The notes under the pieces: model-generated
What the model saw: the letters and a program-made list of their open reading frames with translations, nothing else
Told to the model about the DNA's origin: nothing
The model's database searches: none
Position numbers and translations under genes: made by a program
Assembly (NCBI GenBank): GCA_951406725.2
Contig: OX597815.1
Location: 24,800,001 to 24,864,000 of the forward strand
Length of the DNA: 64,000 nt
Source: Octopus vulgaris
Taxonomy: Eukaryota
Reading direction: 5' to 3'
Shown: positions 25,851 through 40,986 of the stretch, piece after piece
Layout of the letters: each line of letters begins with the position of its first letter
Position numbering within the stretch: the stretch's first letter is position 1

Positions 25851-26650
25851 CAAAACAATAGATTTGTTTTTTAGTAAGTGCAGTCTCTTTTTGGACAGAG
25901 CTTGTATATTTATTGTTATATTTCAGGATGGTAATTTTTTTTTTTTGCCAAAGAAACACATGCACTATATATATTCATTCTTCACCCATTATTATTGTTC
26001 TTATCTTATCTTATGTCCATTGTTTGGAAATCTTTCATTACACATCTGTGACCTCTTCAGCGACCCTTTCCATCTACTTCCTGCTCTGCTTAGTCCATTC
26101 TGTATTTCTATCCTTATCTGCACATGCAATGTTTTTAATTTCATTTTTATTTTACTCGTGTCCAAAACCTATCATGTTTAAACCTTATAGATTCGATAAT
26201 TTTGTCATGCTCTTGGACACTGTAGTGGAGGGACTATGCTTTCAGTGACTCAACTCTAGGTTCTGAATTACTGATTCACTACTTCCAGTGACCCCTCAGT
26301 CTTTAAACATATTCCACACTCAATTCTCTATCATGTTGTCTGAAATCTCAAAACGCATTGTTTCCACCCTAGCCATAGAAATTAAGCTCCAACCTTCACA
26401 CTCTTACATGTGAAGAATTTAAACATAGAAATGTATATGGTTTCTAAGCTCCAAGAGGCTTTTCAGGATTGCTGATTTATTCTGATTTCATGGCAGTAAG
26501 CAGAAGAACACTTGATCTGTCCCAGAATAGGATATAAGCCTGCACTTGATAATCTTCTAAGACACTCTTAAAAGTATCACCTACAGCTAGTGAGACAATG
26601 TGGCCAGAAACACAATGTAACACCTGCAGTAAAGGATTCCAATGTCCTAG

Positions 26651-27339
<689 letters not shown>

Positions 27340-27465
27340 TTGATTTGCCTAATAGTGGTTTTATCTCTAATTTAATATAATATAATATAATATATTTATA
27401 TGTAAAATTGGATTTAATCCTAAATCTAATTTTTCCCTGTAAGTTTGGATTTATTCCCTAATATT

Positions 27466-27529
<64 letters not shown>

Positions 27530-27705
27530 ATGGAGGTTTAGTTCACAGGTGATCTGAATGATTAGGTATGCTAGGTAAGTGCTGTTATGGATTACAGGAA
27601 CTCCAAGGTTATAGCCGAGATGGTAGTTATGGAGCCATTGAAGATTTCCGATGCAGCGGATATATAATAGTTAAACAGGACATCAAACATTAAGGCAAGG
27701 CAAAT

Positions 27706-27764
27706 ATTATTACAGCTATTTCTGGGATATCTCAGAGTATGGGATATTCCATCATCAGAGACAA
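27706..27764 (-). ncRNA. Type I hammerhead ribozyme-like motif, decayed, same family as 11766
   Basis: Minus strand reads TGTCT-CTGATGA-TGGAATATCCC..GAGATATCCCA-GAAAT-AGCT-GTA. The 3' strand of stem I has diverged. Confidence 0.6.
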
Positions 27765-28184
27765 ATAGGGGGAAAAAATATGAAAAATGAGAATGGTATA
27801 TATCAATAAGGTGACAACATAGATGAAGGGAGTAAAAGAATAAGGAGATGGAGAGAGAGAGAGAGAATAAAAAAGAAGAATAAAAGTTCATAGTTCAACT
27901 TTCCAAAGTTATAGAAACCAGAGCATGAGTCCTTAGATCCATTGCATAGGTCCATGAGCATAAGTCCTTAGGTGCAATCATGCGTATATCCATGTGGGTT
28001 AAAGTCCTGATATAGTAAAAATCTCAAGAAAAAGACGCAAACATATCAATGTTCGATAACAGAATGGTAGCGGCGGTGGCTGTTAATTGATAAAAGTAAA
28101 GAAAAGAAAAGAAATAGAGAGGTAGTTAGCCTTAAAATCTCCTCTACCTCACTCTGTCTACCTCTCTTTCTATTTCTTTGCTGG

Positions 28185-28860
28185 ACGTTGTTTCTGGGTA
28201 AATTATTTTTTTGCGTAAGTCCAGTATTGGTGGAATAAACATACAAGTCATCTGCACTGCTAACTCAAGAGCATGCGACATATAGTTGTCCTTGAGAAAA
28301 GCAGGGTAGTTGTAAATTGGGACCCACAATCTTTAAAGTTTGACCCTGGGCTTTGTTGATTGTCATAGTGAAGCACAATTGCATTGGGAACTGGATGTGC
28401 TTGTGCTGAAATGGCACATTTGAGGGAATAAGGGATATGTGTGGAATGTATGCAATCTCTCCTTGATGGCAACCGGCAATTATGGTTGCTTCTAGGACAT
28501 GACTTGTCACTGTAGTTATAATCAATCTCGTACCATTGTATAGTCGTGGTGGGTCCAAATTCCTCAAGAGCATGATAGGTGCACTTTTCTTTAGGAACAA
28601 CTTATGCAGTGGCAGTCCTGTGGGTTGTAGAGAGTTGAGAAATTCAACTGGATACTCAACAGTGGCATGCTTGCCAATGGTAGTATTAATGGAGACAAAC
28701 GTTGAAGCATCTACAAGTAGATGTTTTATCAACGCTTTCATTCCGAGGTGCTAAAATAGCTCTCTCTGCGAACCATGCTATGTTTTTGAAGTTGTCTTGC
28801 AATGTGGGAAATACCTTTTCTTTAAGATTGGCCAACGTAGACAACATGTGCCCACATTGC
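28185..28860 (-). mobile_element. Helitron RepHel PIF1-like helicase C-terminal fragment, pseudogenised
   Basis: ERAILAPRNESVD, YPVEFLNSL, PIMLLRNLDPPRLYNGTRL, QFPMQLCFTMTINKAQGQT and FSQGQLYVACS. Contains a frameshift/deletion and an internal stop. Confidence 0.93.
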
Positions 28861-29004
28861 AGTACATGCTGCTGCAGGGTGTTATTCAAGGTAAGGCACC
28901 AATTCCAATTTGTAGAAGCTGATGAGAGAATTCCTCAGGTAAGAGTTCATTGTAGAGATGAGCTTGTATATTCTTGCTTAATGAAAGCTGATGAATAAAC
29001 CTCC

Positions 29005-29044
<40 letters not shown>

Positions 29045-31035
29045 CATATATAAGTAAGTAGCAGTTGGAGTGACTGTCTAAGGGATAAGAATATCCGTTA
29101 TTACTACCGGTGTAAATTAACTATATTAACCCTGGGCACAGGTAAGAAAGAATACTATGTAGTTAGGATACAGGCAATAACAGAATAAACAAGAGTTTAT
29201 CAGGAATCAAATTTAAAATGAGCAGAAAATGGAGAAAACTTTTGATCAACAAACAAATTGACTACCATCAGTTAAATATTTTTTAATACAAAGCTTGAAC
29301 ATTGCTTACAGCCGTTTCTGCTGCCAATGTCAATTGGTGCCACCAAAGAAAATTACAAGAATAATATTCGTCATCATTATAGCACATCTGATCTGGAACA
29401 TGGAGCTTCATCAGAGTGGATGTCTAACCCATGCCAGCATGGAAAATGGACATATAATGATGATGATACATAGGTCCTGTCTTCATGAGCCTATGCATAG
29501 GATGGTATCAGACCATCCTTATCTAACTAACCAATTCACTCTAGTTTTGCCCTTCTGTACTATACTGAAGATCATCTCACTTACCCTAATTCCTTAGCCC
29601 TTCATAGGTCTATGTTTGCATAACAGACTGACTGCATTAAGCTACTCTAATCTCAATCCCCAATACACAACATCTTCATCCTTCTGTACAACCAGCCAAC
29701 AATTTCTTCCATAAATTGTATGAGGAGATGAGGAAGCAGTTTCTGTTGCTCTCCCATCACCTACTCTTTTGTCCACCTCTGCTATTGCCAAACTACACCT
29801 CAAAGGATGCTGCCTCTTACATAAGAACACCTGCTCCTCCCACCCATTCGTTTCAGCCAATTTGATGCCATCACTCTTTCTCACTCTGAATCCCTTCCTT
29901 GGCCACCTGATTAAACGTCCATGTCCTAAGTTTTTCAGTCTTCTTCCGCACTTACACTCATGCTCCTGTCACCCATTTCTGATTTTGCTGCTGTTATCAT
30001 TCTTTCTTATATACCCCTCCTTCTCCTCCTCAGTTCACATGTCTTAAGTTATGAAGTACTTTCTACATTTCCTGCATGCAAGGCACCTTCTCCCCCCCCC
30101 ACCTCCTGTTCTGGTGCAACAAAAGAAAGCTGCCAAATTGTGCCACCTCTAGATGGACTGGTGAGCATGACAACTTCTCCAATGCTGGTGCCACATATAA
30201 TACACTCTGTAAAAATTTTTAAATGGTTGGGAAATGAGCAGAGAGAGTGTAGGGCTGTAAGTTCCCTATGGTCCTGTCTCACCAAAGACTTTTTAACTTT
30301 CTAAAGTTAGTACCACAATAAAGGGGAAAAAAATGCACCTTCTTCACTTTGGTTAATGAAAGGGAGGGTACAAATCAAACCAGATGATGTATACAAGTTT
30401 CAGTTTCTTGGATCAAGTGGGTTCCATCTCGGATCAAGTGGGTTCCAATAATAGATGATTTAGACTGTAATGATCCATCTAACAAATGCCAGCATGAAAG
30501 CAGACATAAAATAGTATGATGATGAGGATGATCACATACAGATACACACACACATTTATATTATTTTATATTATTTCTATATTTCAACATTGTTGATAAG
30601 TTTGTATTTCATTTATATAGACCTGGAAAAATAAATACCGCTATCATACTAAACCATGACCAGACAATATAGCTCAGGGAACTGTGTCATATTTTCAAGT
30701 AATTAAATGACCTTCATTATGTCATAAGTGTCTTTGATAAAGACTGCCCAAATAATGTATACTATCGCTCATAAACTGTATAAGGAGATACTTCAACACT
30801 AAATATCTTCTAGATTTTATAACACAAGTTCTGATCTTCAATGGACAGATTCATTTCACTACACAGGTGAGGTTTAACTGAAGTCTTCTCAAATTACTTT
30901 TCTATCCACTTCTTAGTATTAGCACTCTTGCTCCCTCTCTCTTATATTTCAAAAACATGTACCATGTATCATAATTTCTTTCATATTGTCTGTAACAATG
31001 AAAGTTGCTTTTATCTGAGTATTTCATCTACCATT

Positions 31036-31311
31036 TGCCGCCTTGGCTGGCTTCCGTGCCAGTGGCACGTTAAAAGCTCCAACCGATCGTGGCCGATGCC
31101 GGACCCCCCTGGCACCTGTGCAGGTGGCACGTAAAAAGCACCCACTACACTCGTGGAGTGGTTGGCGTTAGGAAGGGCATCCAGCTGTAGAAACTCTGCC
31201 AGATCAGACTGGAGCCTGGTGCAGCCCCTGGCTTCCCAGACCCCGGTCGAACCGTCCAACCCGTGCTAGCGTGGAAAACGGACGTTAAACGATGATGACG
31301 ATGATGATGAT
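31036..31311 (+). mobile_element. RTE LINE 3' end, young CpG-retaining copy
   Basis: Ends ...GTTGGCGTTAGGAAGGGCATCCAGC...GACGTTAAAC(GAT)n. Confidence 0.88.
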
Positions 31312-32675
31312 TTAGTAGTTAATGCATATGATATCTAATCCAGATAAGACAGCTTGATTGTATAACAACAATGCGTTGTTTTTTTGTCCAAATACTTTAT
31401 GCATCGAACATTTAACAGCTCTTTGTTCAAGCTTTGCATTGTCACATCAGTTTTTCTACATACTCTTATACACATATATTTCTTACCTCTATCAATCTGA
31501 CAGCAGCATGAATAACTATTTCATTGAGGAGGTGTAATAAGACAGAAACACGTATGGAGTTGTTCCTGTCTTCCTCCCTCACTGCATTGAACTTTTATAA
31601 TTTTAATTAACTGGGACTTTGGTACATGAACACATTTCATAAAACAAGAAGAATTTCTTTGATTTGTCTCCCTTGTTGTTATTTGGTTGAATTAAACATT
31701 GTTCAACAATGTTTACCTCTCTACACTGTAGGTGCAGCCTTGACTAATTAACATTACCATGCTCATTATATTAAGTTTACTAGTGCTCTTTATTTTTTAT
31801 ATCATATAATTGTGTAGACTAGTCTCTATGAAACAGTAAATAGAAACCTCAAGCTTTAAATTTTAGTTGGCTTAAAAGTAGGTCATTTCAAGTTCAAGTA
31901 GAATAAAAGAAACATACTGCTGTTCAACAGAATTTATTTTTAATTATATACTTATTAGCATCGGCCAAGTCTGGGAGACATTGTCTATAATTTATTGATA
32001 CAGCTAACTAAATTGTACAACCTCAGCTCAATGATATCTATATTTTTCAGTCATGAATGAGTTCCACTCATTTAAATAATATATCCATGCACTTGAGGGA
32101 ATAACTCATTGCGGACTTTACTTACTCTTAAATAAATGTAAATAGACTGGTAAAATATCAGCCACAATAGTATTTAGCTGCTTAGTAGTAAATATCTAAA
32201 AATACATGTTATATATGCAATATATTATCCACTATCAGTTGAAGATATCACATGGATTAATTCAACACAGTATACAAGGTCACTTAGTGGTCAGTTACCT
32301 AAAGATATAGAATGAAGTATTGCAATAAATACAACATTCAAAGTTATCTGGTGATCACTAAGCTATAGATATTGTATGGAACAAGGCAGCACAATTTACA
32401 AGGTCACCTAGATATCATTACCCTTGAAATGTCATTAACACAATATGCATGATAACTAAATAGTCCACTTAAGCTTGCTTTCAGTGAACCATTCAACATA
32501 TCAAATACAGGATTTATTCTGCCTGATTACAGCTTACCGGGACTAACCAATATAGAAACTTTCAAGCATATTAGGTTTAGCCTACACTGCCAACTAACGG
32601 TAAAATAAGCATTGATGAACCAAAGAAAAAATCAAACAAAATCCTCACAAGATTATTTTCCATGTTAAATGGTAT

Positions 32676-33265
32676 ACTCTTTTACTTGTTTCAGTCATTT
32701 GACTGCGGTCATGCTGGAGCACTGCCTTTAGTCGAGCCAATCGACCCCGGGACTTATTCTTTGTAAGCCCAGTACTTATTCTATCGGTCTCTTTTGCCGA
32801 ACTGCTAAGTGACGGGGATGTAAACACACCAGCATCGGTTGTCAAGCAATGATAGAGGGACAAACACAGACACACACATACACACACATACATATATATA
32901 TATAGTTAATCCAAACAAGAAAGCACAAAAAAACACAACGCGAGGACGTGGAACAAATATAGTATTATTGGACGCTCAGGAAAGAAGGAGGGTTTAACGT
33001 TTCGAGCGGAGTTCTTTGTCGGAAGCATAGGAGAAGGAAAGATCCAAAGAAGGGAAGACAGAGGAAAAAAAAAATATGTATATATATATATATATATATA
33101 CATATTTACAATAGGCTTCTTTCAGTTTCTGTCTACCAAATCCACTCACAAGGCTTTGGTCGGCCCGAGGCTACAGTAGAAGGCACTTGCCCAAGGTGCC
33201 ACACAGTGGGACTGAACCCAGAGGTTGGCTAGCAAGCTACTTACCACACAGCAACTTCTGTGCCT
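32676..33265 (-). mobile_element. SINE family B with a nested ~170-bp Penelope-like repeat (32905-33075) in its (TA)n
   Basis: The flanks match 61826-62222. The insert is the reverse complement of ~59865-60032. Confidence 0.85.
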
Positions 33266-34182
33266 ATATATCCATTGATCTTATGTTTCTTCTATAATTT
33301 TATTTTACTTGTTGCTTCTCCATCAAAACAAATGGTTAATCATACCACATATTCTCTTAGTATTATATATAAGTGTCAGTTACAGTTTAGAAGCGGAAAT
33401 GGCCTTAAAAGTGAAAATTTTATGTTTTTGAGATATATACCCCATTAATAATATCAACAGCAACAGAGTTCTTACACTGTTACATCATAAATTTATAGTA
33501 GGAAGGATGTCCATAAATTATCATTACAACTTCCACAATTAATTGTATCTATTAAAGTTGAGATCCAATAGAGACTGTATCCAGAAGTGTTCTGATGTTT
33601 CTAATAAAACTTTGTTTTCCAATAAATTTCAGAGTTATCCTTATTTTCTGGGGGTTTTTTGTTTTTGTTTTTTTTTTAATTTTTCAAATTGTAAAGATAA
33701 TTTATGGATACCCTGTATAGTTAACTGAATTTATTTCATCAGTTGTTCACTGGAATGATTAAAAGATATATTGACTTCAGCAAGATTTGAACTTGGTATG
33801 CAAAGGAATGTAACTATATACTGCAAGTTATTTTGCTCAGTACTCTATCACTCTATAGCTTTTTGAAAAACAATAACTGTAACAATATCTAATATTTACT
33901 CAAAAAAGGGAAAACCATTTAGTGAGATGGATTAGAAACCATCTTAAATATAAAATAAAGACAGAAAGAAAGAATAAAAGTGAATATATCAACATATCTT
34001 GAAGAGAAGCTATGCAAGATTGTAGCATTGTTCCATGAGCTGATAACTGTTGTTTCAAACTGTTATTATATACTATTGCACCAGACAATCCATACAGATG
34101 TAAGAAACTTGATAAAGACAACTTTATTGAAGAAGTCTGACAAAACTAATAAAACATATTGAGGGGGAGTGTGGATATTGAG

Positions 34183-34504
34183 TGGCATCGTGCCGGTGGC
34201 ACGTAAAAAGCACCATCCGTTCGTGGCCGTTGCCAGCCTCGCCTGGCCCCGTGCCGGTGGCACGTAAAAAGCACCATCTGTCCGTGGCCGTTTGCCAGCT
34301 CCGTCTGGCACCTGTGCGGGTGGCACGTAAAAAGCACCCACTACACTCACAGAGTGGTTGGCGTTAGGAAGGGCATCCAGCCATAGAAACACTGCCAGAT
34401 CAGACTGGGCCTGATGCAGCCTTCTGGCTTCCCAGACCCCAGTTGAACCGTCCAACCCATGCTAGCATGGAAAGCAGACGCTAAATGATGATGATGATGA
34501 TGAT
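34183..34504 (+). mobile_element. RTE LINE 3' end with three tandem GTGGCACGTAAAAAGCACC units
   Basis: Family sequence with (GAT)n tail. Confidence 0.88.
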
Positions 34505-35349
34505 TTAAAAGAAATGGGACTTCAAAAGAATATAAATTCTTTCACTTTGAAAATATAGTAAAAGCATCTTCCTCTTTCTGGCAAGCAAAAGTTATTTTGA
34601 AAAATGACAAAGAGCTTTTATTAGTTTTAAATCTTATCTTTTTTTTTTTAAAGAATGCCAATGGGCTCAGTCAGTATTAATGGTAATGCAAAGAAAAACC
34701 GATTCAATCTCAGCTTTTCCAAACAGAGTTGTTTGTAGTATAAACATGCAAAGCATGCCAGTGAACAGATTCACAAACTGATAAAATACTTGTGGTATAA
34801 ACAAATTCTTCAGGAATATTATAAGCAAGAATCCTATCTGGTCCCAAAATAAAACATGTGTAATGCAACTCACATTATTAATGTAAGTTCTTTAAAAACT
34901 AAATGGATAAAGTATCAAACCACGAGAATTTATATCCACCGCAAAAAAACTTATCACTTTTCCATGCCACTTTCATTAAGAAAAAGTTACCTGCAACAGA
35001 CTAGCAACCTATCCAAGGAGAAATTCCTCACATCTGTCTAATATAAAGTACAGCAGCTACAAGCCACTGAGAGAACCCCTATGCGGTTGTTCGACTAGCT
35101 GGAAACAATAGTTGAATCTCTCTCAAACCGTATCATGCCTACAATATTATATAAAAGGGGTGGGGCACGTTGGATAAGGTAGCCCTAAACATAAAAATTC
35201 GTTGGTCATAGATCAGTTAAACAACAACAACAACAAAAATCACAGTTATAATATTGGTTTTCTATAAATCATAGTGGCTCCTGAAAGAATTACTGACTCA
35301 ACAAGTGATAACTACCCCCACGAAAGTACCAGTACTTCTTAGATCTCAA

Positions 35350-38300
35350 ACAAAATAGGATTTCACAAATATATATTGGCTTTGGTTTTCACGTAATATC
35401 CGCTAAATAGTACACAACGTGAGGTTAAACGCCCTCGTTTCATTAAAATACATAATAATAGTAATCTAATTGTTAAAACTCAGCGCTAAATCAATAATAA
35501 TTGTTATATTTTATTCTGTTGTATTTACTTCGGTATTTTCACGTGAAACAGGTTCTAACTAATTGAACTGGCGGTGAACATTCCGAATGTATACAATGAA
35601 ATGCAGAGAACAATTGAATAAATGAAGGGTACATTGACGGAAGATTTTACAAACATTTCTCTCCGTTAAATATTAATAAGTTCAACAATCAGACACCTTA
35701 GTATTAGCAATATTAACAGCACAAGTTTAACTATCTGACAACCTTATCAACAACCCCCAAGTGGTAACTGGAATGACAAGTTGTTTCCGTCTGTTATAAT
35801 GATAAGGGAACGAGCAACCCAATTAATTTTCTTTTGGTTCCTCTAACAAAAGAAAACGAAAAAACTACGATATATAGGAGGAAACTAATGAAAAACTGTT
35901 ATTCGGTTACTCAAGCGAATCGTTTATCATAATCTCAACATTACAAAACCGCTGTTAGTGCCTTTGACATGTGTTTGTATATAAACTTAGCGCATAAATA
36001 TTTCATACGCGCGCGCACGTTTCACATTATTTTACTCGCTTCTGTCATTGAACTTAATACATATAATACTTTTAAATGTAAATATAATTTGATATGATTT
36101 TTCCCCGACAATAAACGTAAAGAAACGATACTAGCAGTTATGCTTCTCCAAAGTAATGTTAATGAAAAATGCTATCAATGGGATTCGCTCGCATCTAGTG
36201 TGCGAACTCAATTCGCCGGGAGATCATCTGTGAAAGATCTCGCCATATAAACGACTTCTTGAGAATATTATTTCATATCCCTGTGTGTTTAATATGAAAC
36301 TGTTATCAAATCTACTATTAACGTTACCCGGTATTGTAAAGCAAACATCTATTTTGGCTTAAATTTTGCCCGTTTGACAAGTGGTCGCCAAACAAGGCCG
36401 AGCCTGTTCGGGTGAGGATTGAATGTCAGTGTTTGTTGGTTGAAATATACATACTAAGTATCGTATACTACCAATGACTAAAACCAATATCATACATACA
36501 TACGTGTGTGTGTGTATGTAATGTAATATCACGTTTTAACTGTAGTTACAATCTAGCTTGCTTTCCTGAAAATGTAAGCTATAGACAAACTTATTACAAA
36601 GTGTATATTTGAAATTCTCTCTACGTTGGGCTAAATATTTCAGTCATAAATTCAAGATGTTACAAGTCATTTGTCATATGTTAACCAAATTGTTTTGTAT
36701 GGGTAATCAATGCTTACTAGTCTTCTGGTCAACCTCAACAGGTTTTGAAACGACTATGTTATATAATTACATCTGAACATATACAGAAGAAATGTACTAT
36801 TTCTGCTATTTATTGATAGTGTTAAAAAGAAAAACTTCTCTCCCTAGAATGTACGTGTGTTCAATTATTAATAACTAAAGGTTTAATTGTTTTGGTTATT
36901 ATTAGATTTAAGTGTTCTAATTCTAACTTGAATACTACTTATTATTTTTGACAGTTCTGAAAATTCCGAGAGAGAAAAAAAAAAATAGAACGATGTGCGG
37001 GCAACCGTTATATAGTGATCAATCAGTATTGGAAGTGTTCCTGGCGTTGAAGGAAGAAAAGATAAACAACAGCTGGAACAGGTGGATATAGAATCGTAAA
37101 TGGTTAACGGGTAATCATGGTTTATACTGACCATTCACGAGGTGTGGGAATAATCAGAAACAGTGGGACAAATGATGCGGAGAAAGTGGTGTAGAAATTT
37201 GACAGTTAATGTAAGAGGTGATTTAGATATCAAGAAATGGTTATTACATATCAAGGAAAAGAGTAAAGCGATAAAAAGAAAGAGAAAAGGAACGAAAAAA
37301 CAGAAAGTGAGAGAGAGAGAGAGAACAAGGAATATTGGAAAGATTAAAGAGAATAATTCAAAATAAAGATAGTATGGGGAAATCAAAGACATAAATACAT
37401 AGAATCAAAGAGAAAATTCGACAAAGTTAAGGTATGACAAGGGGTTTCGGTCATAAGGAAGAATGTAAGTAAATACTTACCCCAACGTGGAAATAAAGCC
37501 ACATACGCTGCCTTCAGCATAAAGAGATACAATGTCTCCTAAATGTAGGAATGTGTTAGACATTTTGTCAACCAAGAATGACACCAGTTGACCAATGCCT
37601 CTCAGACGACGACGAAAGGAAACAAAACAAAACGTGGGAGGGTAAAAATAAAGCCACCACCAAACGTCACCTTAAAGTCTCCATCTCGAACACCAAATCC
37701 CCCTTTGTAACTACACTAGTGATATTATTTACTAGCTGATAATCAGCTATTTCTCTTTAAACAAGCTTTACTTTATATATATGTATGTATATGTATATAT
37801 GTGTATGTATGTATGTGCGCAGAGAGAGGGGGCGGGAAAAGAGATAGTGAAATAGAAGAGAGTGGAATATGAGTGACTATATTACACTTTCTTTTCCACT
37901 CATGTTATCTATCTATCTATATATCTATCTATCTATATACATATATATGAGAGAGAGAGAAGGAGAGAGAGAAAGTAATGAATAGTCTAGAATGGGCGTG
38001 GATAAAACAAGGTTTGCAGAGGATCAGTTCCTAAACCTGATATATATATATTTGTCAATATATAAATATATTATACGTTATTATGAAAATGGAGCCGTTT
38101 TTAGCAACGTGCGTGTGTGTGGGTGTGTTTGTGCAATGTTCAATTATAGCAAATCCTGAGTGATTAGAAAATGTGTGGGAAGACTCTGATGAGATCGGTC
38201 TGATGACAGTATGGTGGTAGAAAAAAGGTGGTGACGAAAATAAAATTTAAAAGAAAAAAAAGACGACTGGCGAAAGAACCGATAAATCGCGAGGTTTCTA

Positions 38301-38520
38301 CAAAAATAGAATTTTGAGTTAATTCTTCTCTTATTGCTGATTTTAAAGGGTTGTGAACGTGTCCTGTAAACATGTAGTGGTTCGCCGAGACATTGCCGTT
38401 CAAAGCGGGAGAAAAAGGAAGATCCAAATTAGTGTTCAATCGACTACTAAATAAACCGGGATATCATCGTAGGAAATTAGTCAACCACCTGCTTTTTGTT
38501 TCCTCTTGCAATTATCAATT
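35350..38520. promoter_or_regulatory. CpG-enriched, largely transposon-free region around ITPR exon 1 (probable promoter, 5'UTR and proximal intron)
   Basis: CpG is visibly denser than in the flanks (e.g. CGCGCGCACG at ~36008, GACGACGACG at ~37605, AAATCGCGAGG at ~38285) and SINE/LINE copies are absent. The region surrounds the start codon. The TSS was not located. Confidence 0.6.
37481..37563 (-). CDS. ITPR: Inositol 1,4,5-trisphosphate receptor, first coding exon (27 codons + 2 nt)
   Basis: Manual translation gives [28 protein letters not shown], matching the conserved IP3R N-terminus (vertebrate ITPR1 [27 protein letters not shown]). It is followed by a canonical GG|GTAAGTA phase-2 donor at 37480. 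Too short to appear in the ORF track. Confidence 0.95.
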
Positions 38521-39189
38521 AACAGAACAGGCTAGTTATGAAACTTTGTTTTTGCTTTTGTCTGTATTTTGATTCATTTTTGTTTTTCTTCGATTACATT
38601 TTTTTAAACTGTTTACTGGAGAGAGAAAAAAAAATAGGGTTAATAAATAAACAAGACAGAACTGTATGTAAATACCAAAGTAGAGTTTATAGCTTCATCA
38701 AATCATGTATGTGTATGTACGTGTTAATGTTTTCTCTCTCTCTCTTTCCTCCTCATTCACAAACTTCCCCCTTTTTTTTTTTCCTTCCCTCCTCTCATTG
38801 TGGTTCTCTCTATTTCTCTTCTAACAAACGAGAGTAAGAGGAGAAGTTTCATTCGTTAGATGTGAATAAGCTTTCCACCAATTGGAAAGCTTCTTCTATT
38901 TCATTTTAGTTCCATATTCGGTTATTTTTCTTTAATATTTTCTTATTTTTCTTCGATCTTATCTTATCTTCCAGTAACATCCTCATTCCGATCAATCTCG
39001 GCTCTTTTAATTTCCCTTCTTTTAATCCACCTCCTGCCTATCTGCTTCCCCCCATTTCTCTGTTACTGTCTGGATTCAATTCCCTCTCTTTCTCCTACGC
39101 CTCACGGATTTCCACTATTCCATTTTTTTAAACATCTCTCTCTCTCACCCCTCCCTATTCTCTTTTCTCTTTCTCTTTCTCTTCTTTCT

Positions 39190-39248
39190 CTGCCTGTCTA
39201 TCTGTCTATCTACCTGTCTATCTATCTATCTATCTATCTATCTGTCTG

Positions 39249-39295
<47 letters not shown>

Positions 39296-39311
39296 CTCTC
39301 TCTCTCTCTCC

Positions 39312-39367
<56 letters not shown>

Positions 39368-39370
39368 TTA

Positions 39371-39403
<33 letters not shown>

Positions 39404-39510
39404 ATGTCTGTCTGTCTATCTATCTATCTGTCTTGTAATTTGTCCCGTCTGTGTGCAGCCCTGTGTGGCTAATGAAGAAACATATCTGTCTATCTATCTG
39501 TCTATCTATC

Positions 39511-39575
<65 letters not shown>

Positions 39576-39596
39576 GTCTGTCTGTCTGTCTGTCTA

Positions 39597-39658
<62 letters not shown>

Positions 39659-39660
39659 CA
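39190..39660. repeat. Compound (TCTA)n/(TCTG)n/(TC)n microsatellite
   Basis: Directly visible. Confidence 0.95.
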
Positions 39661-40186
39661 GCCATCCATACACACATACCTATAAATGAATATACACTTA
39701 TCTATCATTCTATAACTTACTTCTCATTTATAATTTCCCTTAATCCATTTCAAAATTTTACCACTGTTTTCTCTCTTTTCTCCACCACTTCTTCAATGTT
39801 CTCATTACACTTTCTGTTAGTCTCTTTTTTTTTCTCCTCATCTGTGCGTCCACGCACGCGCGCGTGTGTGTGTGTGTGCATGTGTATAAACAATCTCGCA
39901 ATGCTCAATTTATTATTCCTCCCGTCTCCTTTGTTCCATTTATCTGTCTGAATCATCTCTTACTGCTCAATTAATTTTTTTTCCTCAACTATCTTCCTCT
40001 CTATCCATTTCTTTCTCTCTCCATCTCTCCCTCTCCTCTCTCTCTCTTACTCTCCCCCCCCACACACACACACCTTACTTTACCCAATTGTTGCCTTGAT
40101 ATTTATCAAAGTCTGTTCAACATTTCAATCCACCCTTCGAGTCAAATGATAAAATAGGTTTTGAAATAATGAAGCTGCAAAATAAG

Positions 40187-40193
40187 TCATCAC

Positions 40194-40226
<33 letters not shown>

Positions 40227-40242
40227 TATCATCATCATCATT

Positions 40243-40280
<38 letters not shown>

Positions 40281-40311
40281 TATTATCATCACCATCATCA
40301 TCATCATCATT

Positions 40312-40357
<46 letters not shown>

Positions 40358-40392
40358 CTATTATCATCATCATCATCATCATCTTCATCATC

Positions 40393-40439
<47 letters not shown>
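40187..40439. repeat. (CAT)n trinucleotide tract of ~250 bp
   Basis: Directly visible. It is the source of the polyD, polyM and polyS ORFs. Confidence 0.95.
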
Positions 40440-40986
40440 ATCTAAACACAAAAATTAATAACTGTTTGCAACTGCAAGATATATCAAAATTAATTTACCA
40501 AAATGACTATATTTTTCAGTTCAAATAAACTTTTTATTATCAAGGATGTTCACTTTTATTATTTCAGTTACATTGTATTCTTCTTCTAAAGTGAAGGTGC
40601 ATGCATTGTGTAGTGGTTTGTGTTTGGGGCACTTCACTTCTCATTACTTCACTCCAATTCTGCTGAAAATAAACACCAGCAACAGCTAGAGGTAGACTTA
40701 AATTTGTTGACAGATTTACATTTCATTCAAGGCTTAGTCTTGTACTCTCAGCCACTTAAATGTCATGGAATCAAGGATAAACTCTGGCCTAAATGTGCCT
40801 GTAGACTTGTGATAGACTTTTATTTCATGGACTTTTAATTACTTTATGATTCAATAAGGCAGCAAGCTGGCAGAATTGTAGCATGTCAGGCAAAATGCTT
40901 AGTGACATTTTCATTTGTCTTAATGTTTTGAGTCGAAATTCTGCCAAGGTTGACTTAGCTTTTCAATTTTTCAGGGTCAATAAGTA

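Noticed and set aside
40117-40528. PolyD, polyM and polyS ORFs
   Set aside because: They come from the (CAT)n tract and have no coding context.
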